Shown piece after piece: positions 6,043 through 14,584 of a stretch of 32,000 bases of DNA (its first letter is position 1; every line of letters starts with the position of its first letter). Made by a program: the position numbers and the translations under genes. Under the pieces are notes generated by a model. That model searched no databases. It saw nothing but the letters and a program-made list of their open reading frames with translations, and was not told the DNA's origin. Source of the DNA: an uncultured archaeon (GTDB lineage: Archaea > Iainarchaeota > Iainarchaeia > Iainarchaeales > JAAZKV01); assembly GCA_964551375.1 (NCBI GenBank), contig CAZKBG010000001.1, forward strand, positions 240,001 through 272,000, in the 5' to 3' direction.

Positions 6043-7857
6043 ATGGTTGCAATGGGACTGTTTGTTCAAATGGCGGAAATTATTGTTGCCGCCACTATCA
6101 TCAGCCTTGTCTTAAGAAAACTAAAACAGCCAAATTTATTTGCTTATATTATTGCCGGAATTGTAATAGGCCCTTTTGTTTTAGGAGCATTTGATTTGAG
6201 TTTCTTGAATCTGCCTTTTGCTTTGGGAATAAAAGAAATAACTCCGGAGATTCACTTATTATCAGAGCTTGGCGCAGCGTTTTTGTTATTCTCAATCGGA
6301 ATTGAAACATCAGTAAAAAGACTCCTTCAAATGGGAAAACCATTACTTGCAGGAACCTTCATGCAGGTTGTTGGAGTAATTTTAGTAACAGTAATTTTAA
6401 CAAATTTTACAGGAATGCTTCCTTTAGAAACTTCACTATTCCTTGGAACAATAATCGCATTCTCCTCAACTATGATAGTAATCAAACTCTTAGCTGATAA
6501 GAAGGAAACTAACACATTGAATGGAAGAGTCACTATTTCAATTTTATTAATTCAGGACTTTTTAGTAATAATATTCGTTCCACTTTTACAAAATGTTTCA
6601 AAAATCGGGGACCCAACTTTCTTTGCCCCGATTGTAGCCCAAACAGTAGCCCTTTTGGCAATTGCCCTTCTTGCAAACAAATTCCTCTTCCCAAAATTGT
6701 TCTCAATTGCGGCAAAGGATAATGAATTATTTTTCCTCTCAAGCATCTCAACAGCATTTTTATTTATTGGAGTGAGTTATATTTTAGGAATACCAATTTC
6801 AATCGGAGCCTTCATTGGAGGACTTGCATTAAGCAGTCTGCCTTACAACACAGCAGTATTTTCAAAAGTAAGAGCTCTTCGAGACTTCTTCTTAACAATA
6901 TTCTTTGTTTCCTTGGGAGCAACTTTAACATTTGCGTTTGGAAGCCTGCCAATATTATTAATGATAACAATAATTCTCTTAATTTTTGTATTCAAACCCC
7001 TAGTATTTTATGCAGTGAGCCTGCTTTCAGGGTACGGCTCAAGACTTGCGCTTGAAGTCGGAATGACGCTTGCACAGGTGTCAGAATTCGGATTTGTAAT
7101 TGTAGCACTGGGCGCCGCAGCAACGCTTGCAAACGGAGAATCAATAATCTCGCAAAGCCTTGCTTCATTCATAATCGCAATTTCTGCAATCTCAATGATG
7201 GTAACCCCGCATTTGATGAATTATTCCCCAAAAATGGCAAATATTGTTTCGCTTAAAATGAATAAATGGTTTAAAGTTGACCAAAATAAACGCTTGAATA
7301 AAAGAATTGATGATTTAAGAAAAATGCCTTCAAAGGAAAAATTGCAAAATCATATTATTGTAATAGGGGGCGGGCTTTTAGGGAGAAGACTTGCAAGAAA
7401 GCTGAAAATTAACTCAAAAGTAATTATTGTTGACGCTGATCCGGAAGTGGTTCTTCAGGGACAGCATGACAAACTTGATTTTGTTTACGGGACTTCAGAA
7501 GATGTGGAGCTTTTGGAAAAACTTGATTTTGAAGACGCAAAATTAGTCCTTATTGCGATGACAGCCCATAAAGAAGCGTGCAATTTTGTCATGGCATTAA
7601 AGAGAATGTCCCCCAAAACAAAAATATTCGCTATTTCAAATCACTTTTATAACGCGGTGGAGCTTTACGCTAAAGGAGTGGAGTACGTTTCAATCCCGCC
7701 AATTTCTGGAACGCAGGAAATTTATAATTTAATTGATAACTTCGGGAAAACAAGAAAAGTTTTCATAAGCCAAAAAGCAAAAGAAGCGCATATTAATTAC
7801 ATCAAATCACAGGCTGAAGAAGAATTAAAGTATAGAAAGAGATTAATGGTAATTTAG
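6043..7857 (+). CDS. CPA2-family monovalent cation:proton antiporter (Kef/NapA-like) with C-terminal RCK/TrkA-N domain
   Basis: About 12 TM segments with an N-terminus IIAGIVIGPFVLG typical of the Na+/H+ exchanger family. The C-terminal Rossmann motif IIVIGGGLLGRRLARKL...VIIVDADPE indicates an RCK domain. Confidence 0.85.
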   Translation: MVAMGLFVQMAEIIVAATIISLVLRKLKQPNLFAYIIAGIVIGPFVLGAFDLSFLNLPFALGIKEITPEIHLLSELGAAFLLFSIGIETSVKRLLQMGKPLLAGTFMQVVGVILVTVILTNFTGMLPLETSLFLGTIIAFSSTMIVIKLLADKKETNTLNGRVTISILLIQDFLVIIFVPLLQNVSKIGDPTFFAPIVAQTVALLAIALLANKFLFPKLFSIAAKDNELFFLSSISTAFLFIGVSYILGIPISIGAFIGGLALSSLPYNTAVFSKVRALRDFFLTIFFVSLGATLTFAFGSLPILLMITIILLIFVFKPLVFYAVSLLSGYGSRLALEVGMTLAQVSEFGFVIVALGAAATLANGESIISQSLASFIIAISAISMMVTPHLMNYSPKMANIVSLKMNKWFKVDQNKRLNKRIDDLRKMPSKEKLQNHIIVIGGGLLGRRLARKLKINSKVIIVDADPEVVLQGQHDKLDFVYGTSEDVELLEKLDFEDAKLVLIAMTAHKEACNFVMALKRMSPKTKIFAISNHFYNAVELYAKGVEYVSIPPISGTQEIYNLIDNFGKTRKVFISQKAKEAHINYIKSQAEEELKYRKRLMVI

Positions 7858-7869
7858 TTAAAACCGTTT

Positions 7870-8070
7870 TTACCTTGGCTTTTTTCTTCTGCTTCTTGCC
7901 CATCTCATCTTTAATTCATCCGCAAGAGCAACTCTCTGCGATTGAGTAAGCTGAGACGAAATCTTAACGCCTTTACTCCAAACGCTTGGAAGTCTTCTGC
8001 CGCTTTCAAGCTTTAAAATCAGTTTTCTATCAATCTTTCTCTTGGCTTTGGTTGACATTCGCCTTGGCAT
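7870..8070 (-). CDS. small basic protein, possibly L39e-like
   Basis: ATG at 8070 is preceded by AAGGAGTG (SD); the ORF-track GTG at 8079 lies inside that SD. KRKIDRKLILKLESGRRLPSVW resembles the L39e core (R-I-K-R-x-L-A-K-K-x-K-x-N-R-P-I-P-x-W) and RWARSRRK resembles its RHWRRTKL tail, but about 15 extra residues lie between them. Confidence 0.4.
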   Translation of the reverse strand: MPRRMSTKAKRKIDRKLILKLESGRRLPSVWSKGVKISSQLTQSQRVALADELKMRWARSRRKKPR

Positions 8071-8185
8071 TAAAAACACTCCTTAACGCTAAAATAAACT
8101 CTATTGATTAATATTAACCTTTTGTTTTCAAGAAGTTTAACCCAAATAGCGAAAGCATTTAATAGTAGAGAAACCTACTTTTTGC

Positions 8186-9121
8186 ATGGCAAAAAAAAAA
8201 CAAGCAAAAGTGTCAAGAACAAGAGTTGCTAGAAGAGAAGTAAAGCAGGCAAGAAATGACTTTATGCTTGAAGTTAATCCAAATAATCTTCCAATTGAGA
8301 AGAGACTTTGGGCATTTTTAGAACTTGCAAGAATTGGAAACTGCATAATGGCAGGAATTGCAATATTAATCGGATTTTTTGTAGCAAGCGGATATGATAT
8401 TGGGCTTGCAACAATCGCAGCACTTTCAGGAATGCTTGTATGCGCAGCAGGACAGGCAATTAATGATTACTTTGACGCAAAAATTGACGCTAAAACTTCA
8501 AAGCATAGGCCGATTCCTTCCGGAAGAGTAACTCTTCATGAAGCAATGCTATTTTCAATTGGATTATTTATTTTAGGAATCGCGCTTGCATCCCAAATCA
8601 ATGTTGTCGCATTCTTTATTGCGTTAATAATGTCAATACTCCTTGCAGCATACCCTCTTTACATGAATAATGTGAAATTTATTGGAAATGCTCTTGTGGC
8701 GCTTGGAACAGCAATTACTTTTGTTTACGGAGCAGCAGCAGTATCAGGAAATATCCCGCCGCTTGTAATCGCGCTGGCTTCAACAGCATTCTTTGCCAAT
8801 ATTGCAAGAGAAATAACAAAGGATATTGAAGATGTGAATAAAGACAAAGGCGCAAAGAACACTCTTCCAATTATTATTGGAGAGTTTAAAGCAAAAGGAT
8901 TTGTTTTCATTTACTATTACCTTGCAGTTGCAGTAAGTATTTGGGTGTTCTTTGAGTACAGCCTGTCATTTGGGTATTTATTATTCGCAGCGCTTGGCTC
9001 AATTACATTCATTAATGCATCATGGCTGTTGTTCAAAAAACACGCTAAGAAAAGCCAGAGGATGTCAAAACTGGGGATGATTGCAAGCCTGTTAGCATTC
9101 ATCCTTGCGGGATTAAGGTAA
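8186..9121 (+). CDS. UbiA-family prenyltransferase, likely digeranylgeranylglyceryl phosphate (DGGGP) synthase
   Basis: Polytopic membrane protein with NDYFDAKIDAKTSKHRPIPSGR (NxxxDxxxD plus RPxxSG) and a second Asp-rich region (KDIEDVNKD). In archaea this family makes the membrane lipid core. A TATA-like gcatttaatag lies about 25 nt upstream of the ATG, suggesting a leaderless start. The N-terminus carries a basic 25-aa extension. Confidence 0.8.
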   Translation: MAKKKQAKVSRTRVARREVKQARNDFMLEVNPNNLPIEKRLWAFLELARIGNCIMAGIAILIGFFVASGYDIGLATIAALSGMLVCAAGQAINDYFDAKIDAKTSKHRPIPSGRVTLHEAMLFSIGLFILGIALASQINVVAFFIALIMSILLAAYPLYMNNVKFIGNALVALGTAITFVYGAAAVSGNIPPLVIALASTAFFANIAREITKDIEDVNKDKGAKNTLPIIIGEFKAKGFVFIYYYLAVAVSIWVFFEYSLSFGYLLFAALGSITFINASWLLFKKHAKKSQRMSKLGMIASLLAFILAGLR

Positions 9122-9212
9122 CATCCCTTAAAGCAGACATGTTTTTTGACTAATTTTTTGACAAAGGAAAAGATTTAACTGCACAACAAGCATATTTTAC
9201 ATCAGAATTAAT

Positions 9213-9842
9213 ATGATTAAGGCAATTTTCTTTGATTTTGCTGGGGTTCTTTCAAAAGAATACAGCATAGTAAGCGGATACTTTGTGCCTTACTATAAAC
9301 AACTTACTGAAGAAGTTCTAAGGGAAAGATATAGAAAAGGAAGAGATGGGGAATTAACATTTGAAGAAATTATAGAAGGCATTCCAGAAAGAAAAGTGTT
9401 TAATTATTTAGAAAAAGCGAAGCTTAACAAAGGCGCAACAGAAGCTCTTCAGGAATTATCAAGGCATTACAAGCTTTACATTGCCTCAAACCACCTCCCT
9501 GGTTTTTTTGAAACAGAAATAGAACACTTAGGAATCAAAAATTATTTTACAGATTTTTATATCAGCTATAGGCTCAAAATGCACAAGCCGTTAAGAGAAT
9601 TTTTTGAAAAAATGATTTCTGAATCAAAAATCAATCCAAAAGAAGCTATTTTTGTGGATGATGCATTGACAAACCTTGAAACCGCAAAAGCAATTGGAAT
9701 GAAAACTATTTGGTTCAACAATAAAAACAACGACAAAAGGAATGCAATTGAATACAAGCCGGATTATGAAGTAACAAATTTTAGAAAACTGCTTGAAGTA
9801 ATTGAAAGCATTGAGTTAAAATCTGAAAATCAAACGCTTTAA
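9213..9842 (+). CDS. HAD-superfamily hydrolase
   Basis: Motif I FFDFAGVL has the nucleophile Asp, but Ala sits at the +2 position where phosphatases have Asp, as in dehalogenase-like members. Also SNH (motif II-like), K in HKP, and FVDDALTNLETAKAIGMKTIWF (motif IV). Confidence 0.7.
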   Translation: MIKAIFFDFAGVLSKEYSIVSGYFVPYYKQLTEEVLRERYRKGRDGELTFEEIIEGIPERKVFNYLEKAKLNKGATEALQELSRHYKLYIASNHLPGFFETEIEHLGIKNYFTDFYISYRLKMHKPLREFFEKMISESKINPKEAIFVDDALTNLETAKAIGMKTIWFNNKNNDKRNAIEYKPDYEVTNFRKLLEVIESIELKSENQTL

Positions 9843-9886
9843 ATTAAAATAAAAAAGTTTTAAACCCCATAAATTATAAAGGTTAA

Positions 9887-10918
9887 TCAAAACCACTGAC
9901 TTAGGCTTCTTTGCTTTTCAATCTCTTCTCTTTTCTTAATAAAAGAATTAATTGTTGATTCAACCCTGTCTTTTGAAAAATCATGCTTCTCTACCAAAAA
10001 CTCTATCACTTTTTCTTTATTCGGCTCCCTTGCTTCAAGATCCTTAAGCGCAACATCCACGCTCACCGGGTTAAGAAACACCTGCGCGATTTCTTTGTAA
10101 TCAAAATCAGGCTCGTATTTTGTTTTTGCAATAATTTCCTCAAAGCTATTTGCTTCCTTTACTAATTTTAACGCGGTTTTTGGCCCAATTCTTGGAAACT
10201 TTTCATTAAAATCAGTTCCGACAAGCATTCCGAGCCAGATTAATTTTTCTCTTGACACTCCAAGCTGTTTTTCAACGCTTTCAAGCTCAATATGCTGGGG
10301 CTTTACTTCAACGTAAAAATTCTTTCCAGCAACTTTTCTTTTCCCTGTGATTCCAACATTTCTAAACAAATGATTTGCCCCAAAAAGCAGACAATCAAAG
10401 TCCTGGCTAACTACTCCAAACAACTGCCCCTTTGAAACCATTACACTTCCCTGAGCTTCCCCTTCCTGCGGAGCTTCAATTACAGGAATTCCCATGTGAA
10501 TTAAAAGTTCTTTTGCTTCGCTAATCATCTGAGGAGTCATTTTTAATGCGCGTGAGCCGAATTTTTGCGCGTCTTCTAAATTTCCTTCCTGCAAAGCATC
10601 TTTTGATTTTTTTTCAGCATCAGTTCTAACTTCTCTTCTCTTTCTAAGTGTTTCAGCTTTTAATTTTGAAGGAGCGCCGTCAAAAACATAAACAGGTTTT
10701 ACTCCAAGCTCAATTAAATTAAGAGTTCGGTAAAATAATCCTGTTAAATGAGAAGTAACATTCCCATGTGAATCAGCTAACGGCAAACCGTCAGGTCCGC
10801 GAATACTTGCAAGAAATTGATAAAGCATGTTGTAAGAATCAATTCCAACTTTTTTTCCCGACAAATAATCAAGCGCAATCTCTTCTTTCTCCACAAGCTC
10901 TGAAATATTTACTCCCAT
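9887..10918 (-). CDS. fen1: flap endonuclease FEN1
   Basis: MGVNISELV... N-terminus, XPG-N/XPG-I pattern (VYVFDG, SQDFDCLLFG), helix-3-turn-helix GVSREKLIWLGMLVGTDFN and C-terminal PIP box QRSLSQWF. The ORF-track GTG at 11020 adds 34 hydrophobic residues that FEN1 proteins lack, so I take the ATG at 10918. Confidence 0.9.
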   Translation of the reverse strand: MGVNISELVEKEEIALDYLSGKKVGIDSYNMLYQFLASIRGPDGLPLADSHGNVTSHLTGLFYRTLNLIELGVKPVYVFDGAPSKLKAETLRKRREVRTDAEKKSKDALQEGNLEDAQKFGSRALKMTPQMISEAKELLIHMGIPVIEAPQEGEAQGSVMVSKGQLFGVVSQDFDCLLFGANHLFRNVGITGKRKVAGKNFYVEVKPQHIELESVEKQLGVSREKLIWLGMLVGTDFNEKFPRIGPKTALKLVKEANSFEEIIAKTKYEPDFDYKEIAQVFLNPVSVDVALKDLEAREPNKEKVIEFLVEKHDFSKDRVESTINSFIKKREEIEKQRSLSQWF

Positions 10919-11189
10919 AAAAACACTGTAATCATTAGCTTTGAAAGCATTTAACTTACTTTTCAAACTGTAAAAAATGAATAAAATCAAACAAATCCAG
11001 AATATAACTAATAATTCCACAATTGACGAATATAATTTATAGAATGTATTTTATATCGTCAAATGTTAAAGTACAATAATAAATTTCCCAAATAGAGCTT
11101 TAAATGCAAAATAACTCACATAAACTCAAAAATGCCGCTAACTAACCATATGCATAAGTTTATATATAGGGAATAATACAAATTGTTCT

Positions 11190-11341
11190 ACCCGGAAAAA
11201 TTTAGAATTAGGTAAGCAGGTGAGCCTACCCAATTCAAGGGCAAAACAAAGGTTTTGCAAGAGTCCAAAAACATAACTCTCTTAGGTCTCGGCAGAGTTG
11301 CCGAGGCCAATATCTCTATTTTCATCCCTCGGTAATTTTTT
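11190..11341 (+). ncRNA. candidate ~150-nt structured small RNA (unclassified)
   Basis: TATA box tttatatata (11159-11168) lies about 25 nt upstream. Hairpins: GCAAAAC-AAAG-GTTTTGC (11241-11258) and GGTCTCGGCA-GAGT-TGCCGAGGCC (11285-11308), plus weaker ones at 11211-11230 and 11261-11280. T6 (11336-11341) and T7 (11351-11357) follow. No ORF and no C/D or H/ACA boxes seen. Confidence 0.3.
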
Positions 11342-11411
11342 GCCCAAGAATTTTTTTGAAAGTGTTTTATCCAATTTAGATTAGCCTTTTTCCAGAGAAA
11401 TTAGGATTAAT

Positions 11412-12044
11412 TCAAATTTTTTCAGCGATAATAGTAGTTGTTCTTATTGTATTCCAAAAGCCAAGCCTTGATTTTGAAGGTCTTAACTGCCTGTCAAAGT
11501 CAAAATGAAGAATCCTAAGTTTTTTATGCGCAGTAAATATTTTCAACGCATCAACTTTCACAACTTCCCCTACATCGCCTATTTCGTTGCAGTATTTTAG
11601 AATAATTACTCCTCCAGGTTTTACCCAGCTGATTAATCCTTCAATTGCTTTAACTTGATGATGTTTTGGAATCACTTCAATTAATCCCGAGCTTAATACC
11701 AAATCATATTTTCTTTTTTCTTTGCACACATCAACAAAATTAGATTTCTCTGCATTCACAACAACATTTTCTTTTTTTGCATATTCAAGTATTCTATTTA
11801 CACCAGACCGCGCAATTTCGATGGCGCTTGTTTTGTAACCAAGTTTTGCAAGAGGCACCGCGTATCTTCCGTTTCCAGAGCCGACATCAATTGCAGTTAT
11901 CTGCGAGCGATTATTTTTCAGAATTTTAGCATAAGAAATTAAAGTTTCAGTCGGAGCGCCAAATGAATGAGCAGAATCTTTCCAGAAGCTATCCCACCAA
12001 GCTTCCTCATACATTTCCTTTCCTTTTGCTCCAATTCCTACCAT
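11412..12044 (-). CDS. class I SAM-dependent methyltransferase (TehB-like)
   Basis: Motif I AIDVGSGNGRYAVPLA, acidic end of beta2 (SAIEIA), motif IV DLVLSSGLIE and post-motif VKPGGVIIL. Confidence 0.8.
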   Translation of the reverse strand: MVGIGAKGKEMYEEAWWDSFWKDSAHSFGAPTETLISYAKILKNNRSQITAIDVGSGNGRYAVPLAKLGYKTSAIEIARSGVNRILEYAKKENVVVNAEKSNFVDVCKEKRKYDLVLSSGLIEVIPKHHQVKAIEGLISWVKPGGVIILKYCNEIGDVGEVVKVDALKIFTAHKKLRILHFDFDRQLRPSKSRLGFWNTIRTTTIIAEKI

Positions 12045-12109
12045 TATCCATCAGCCAATTAATTGCACATATTGATTATTTGATATATACAAAATATATA
12101 CCGACTATA

Positions 12110-13753
12110 TTAAGCAATCATAGTTAAATAAGGTATCATATTAAGCACAAGCGCTGCTAAAAGAATCCAAATAAATATTCTGCCTATTAATACCTGTGTT
12201 TCTTTCTTATTCATCCCCATAAATGCAAAGTAAGGCAATAAAATTATTTTTGCCATTCTGCCACCGTCAAACGGATCTGCCGGGAAATAATTAAATGAGC
12301 CTGCGGCGAATGCAATCACAACAAGCAGCAGAAGAATCATTGTAATATTGCTGATTATAAACTGCTGAAGCATAATTCCAGCATCCACTTCATATCCTGT
12401 CGGAATTGCGCCAAACTCAGCCCCTATTTTTTTCAAACCAAAATCTTCAAACTTGTGAGGAGTAATTGAAACATTCACATCATAAGGCATATTTGTATCC
12501 TTTGCAAGTCTGGTAATTGTAAAATTCAAATCTCCTTTTGATTTTGCAAATATTGAAGTCACCAAAGAAAGCGAATTAATATCCACCCCGTCAAGCTTTT
12601 TTATCACATCCCCTACAAATAATTTTCCTTTTGCAGGAGCGTTAATATCAGTTCCGCAAAATGAAACAACATCATTTACTTTTGCAATCATAACCCCGTC
12701 ATATGTTTTTGAATATTCGGAATTAATGTTTGAAATTAAAGGAGTTACTGCGAATGAAAATACAAGAAGAACAGCAAGAGCTATTGGAATTGTGAGCAAA
12801 TTGCTTGCAGAGCCCGCGCTAAGCACCATTAATGATTTTCTATCATCAAGAGAATCAAATGTTTTATCATCCTGCTCAACAAAAGCGCCAAGAGGAATAA
12901 TTCCTGCAAGAAGAACCCCTACTGATTTTATTTTTTCCTTAAAATAAACCATCATTATTCCATGGCTGAATTCATGAACCACAAGAACTATCACAAGCGA
13001 AATCCAGCCCACAAGAGGAATTGGAACACCCATCCCCGGAATTGGAGCGCCTGGAATTACAGGAGCAACAGCGGGGCACAATTGCTTTGCAGTGAATAAG
13101 CTTTGCACTGACATTATTCCGTAGCCGAGAAGAATCATTAACGACATTCCGCCAAAGCCAAGGAAAACAAAAGCAACTAAAGAAGGCCAAAATAAAGGTT
13201 TAAGGATTGGAACTGAATAAACAATTTGCATTGTGAAGAAAAATAATAAAGCAAGAACTACTGCTGAAAATAATAAAATTGTGGCTCTCTTCCCCTGCGA
13301 GATTTTTTCCCCAAGTTCTTTTCTTCTATGATAAAACCAATAATCAACGCCCGCAATTCCAAATCCCAAAAACATTCCGCCAAGGCACACATATTCAAAC
13401 CATTTTGCATGATGCGCTATGCTTTTTATAAAATTAATAAAATGCCTTGTCTTCATCATTGTTAAAATATATTTCCAAATAAACGGCTGTGCAAAGTCAA
13501 ACCTAAGCCAGAAGGCATTAATTGCAATAACCATTCCGCCAATCCAAAAGAGCCACTCCCAAGAGCCTCCAATTCCCCATGAAGATACTAAAAAACCAAG
13601 CAGAAATAATGCGATTCCAAAAATCAAGAATTTATTTAATTCATCAATTGAAGGCTTAACGTAATGAGCGGGCTTTTTCTTTTTCACTTCAGCAGCTCTT
13701 TGCTTAAAATGCTCTTTTCCGGATAAAGGAACTTGTTTTGATTTCTTTGGCAT
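12110..13753 (-). CDS. site-2 protease (M50 family intramembrane metalloprotease) with PDZ domain
   Basis: HEFSHG (HExxH) in a TM helix, NYFPADPFDGG (NxxPxxxxDG) near the C-terminus, a PDZ-like segment GKLFVGDVIKKLDGVDINS, and many TM helices. Confidence 0.85.
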   Translation of the reverse strand: MPKKSKQVPLSGKEHFKQRAAEVKKKKPAHYVKPSIDELNKFLIFGIALFLLGFLVSSWGIGGSWEWLFWIGGMVIAINAFWLRFDFAQPFIWKYILTMMKTRHFINFIKSIAHHAKWFEYVCLGGMFLGFGIAGVDYWFYHRRKELGEKISQGKRATILLFSAVVLALLFFFTMQIVYSVPILKPLFWPSLVAFVFLGFGGMSLMILLGYGIMSVQSLFTAKQLCPAVAPVIPGAPIPGMGVPIPLVGWISLVIVLVVHEFSHGIMMVYFKEKIKSVGVLLAGIIPLGAFVEQDDKTFDSLDDRKSLMVLSAGSASNLLTIPIALAVLLVFSFAVTPLISNINSEYSKTYDGVMIAKVNDVVSFCGTDINAPAKGKLFVGDVIKKLDGVDINSLSLVTSIFAKSKGDLNFTITRLAKDTNMPYDVNVSITPHKFEDFGLKKIGAEFGAIPTGYEVDAGIMLQQFIISNITMILLLLVVIAFAAGSFNYFPADPFDGGRMAKIILLPYFAFMGMNKKETQVLIGRIFIWILLAALVLNMIPYLTMIA

Positions 13754-13798
13754 GTAAAAAAATATGCTCTAAAAGGTTATAAATAAACGCATTTTATT

Positions 13799-14581
13799 TT
13801 GCGCATGACACAAAATGCCTTATTTTCAACCCATAGAAAGTATTTAATAAGCACAAAACAGGAATTACTTATGCCTTATGCATTTGCAAAAGAAGTCCTG
13901 AAAATGAGGGCGCTTTGGGGAAGAAAACAACCTGTTCTAAAAATTGTGAGCCAACATTTTGGTTCGACAAAAATCACAAGACTAAAAAAAGTTTTTGAAA
14001 ACAAAAAGCAAAAAGGGGTTATTGCAAGCATCAAGCACGGGGAAGCGCACCCAAAATCCGAAACCGTTACATTAGCATATTACCCAAGGTCGGAACATAT
14101 GCCGATGTTTGCGATAGCATCAAGCCACACTCTGGCAGGCGCTCCAGGGCACATGCTTCCAGGCTCAGTCGGCTCAATTGAATTTAATGAAATGCACAGG
14201 CATGGAAAATCCGAAATTAGAATTAGTTTTATGCAGGCGCATTTTAAAACAGCTTTATCAAAAACAGAAATGGAACTACACAGATCAAAAAGCAGAATGA
14301 ACACCGGAGTCCTCCCAAGAGCGCTTGCCACAAAATACGGCGGCTGGAGAAACAGGCTTTTACAGGAAATATTCTCAAGGGCAAAATCAAAAAAAGCGGA
14401 TGTTGTAATGTTTGACTATGACCCAAAAAGATGGGAATCAAGAGCCGCCACAATCAATGCAAGAATAAGGGTTTTTACTGAAATAGCTGAAAAAAACGGA
14501 TACTTGGTGGAAGTTAAAAAGGCAATAGGAATCGGGATGCACCACAGAGAAATTGAAATTCGTGCAACGCTTAATAAATAA
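13799..14581 (+). CDS. His/Arg/Lys-rich orphan protein
   Basis: The ORF-track start is TTG at 13799. ATG at 13871 (MPYAFAKEV...) lies about 25 nt downstream of tatttaataa (TATA-like). Codon usage is coding-like. There is only a faint GNAT-like pattern (GSIEFNEMHRHGKSEIRISFM ... YGGWRNRLLQEIF). Confidence 0.6.
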   Translation: MRMTQNALFSTHRKYLISTKQELLMPYAFAKEVLKMRALWGRKQPVLKIVSQHFGSTKITRLKKVFENKKQKGVIASIKHGEAHPKSETVTLAYYPRSEHMPMFAIASSHTLAGAPGHMLPGSVGSIEFNEMHRHGKSEIRISFMQAHFKTALSKTEMELHRSKSRMNTGVLPRALATKYGGWRNRLLQEIFSRAKSKKADVVMFDYDPKRWESRAATINARIRVFTEIAEKNGYLVEVKKAIGIGMHHREIEIRATLNK

Positions 14582-14584
14582 ACT

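Noticed and set aside
6149-6757. Short (60-100 aa) ORFs antisense to, or out of frame within, the kef, mscS, metG, ftsZ, hef, S2P and UbiA genes.
   Set aside because: All are nested in well-supported longer CDSs, lack start-site signals, and translate to low-complexity sequence.
10919-11020. The 34-codon N-terminal extension of FEN1 from the ORF-track GTG at 11020.
   Set aside because: FEN1 proteins begin at the conserved MG[IV] N-terminus, which forms part of the active site, and the extension is a hydrophobic, AT-rich read-through. The ATG at 10918 is preferred.
11077-11090. The 14-mer cccaaatagagctt, shared between the fen1 upstream region (11077-11090) and the ftsZ upstream region (18080-18093), as a common regulatory box.
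   Set aside because: A few exact 14-mer coincidences are expected by chance in 32 kb of AT-biased sequence. The flanks do not align, and the distances to the respective starts differ greatly.
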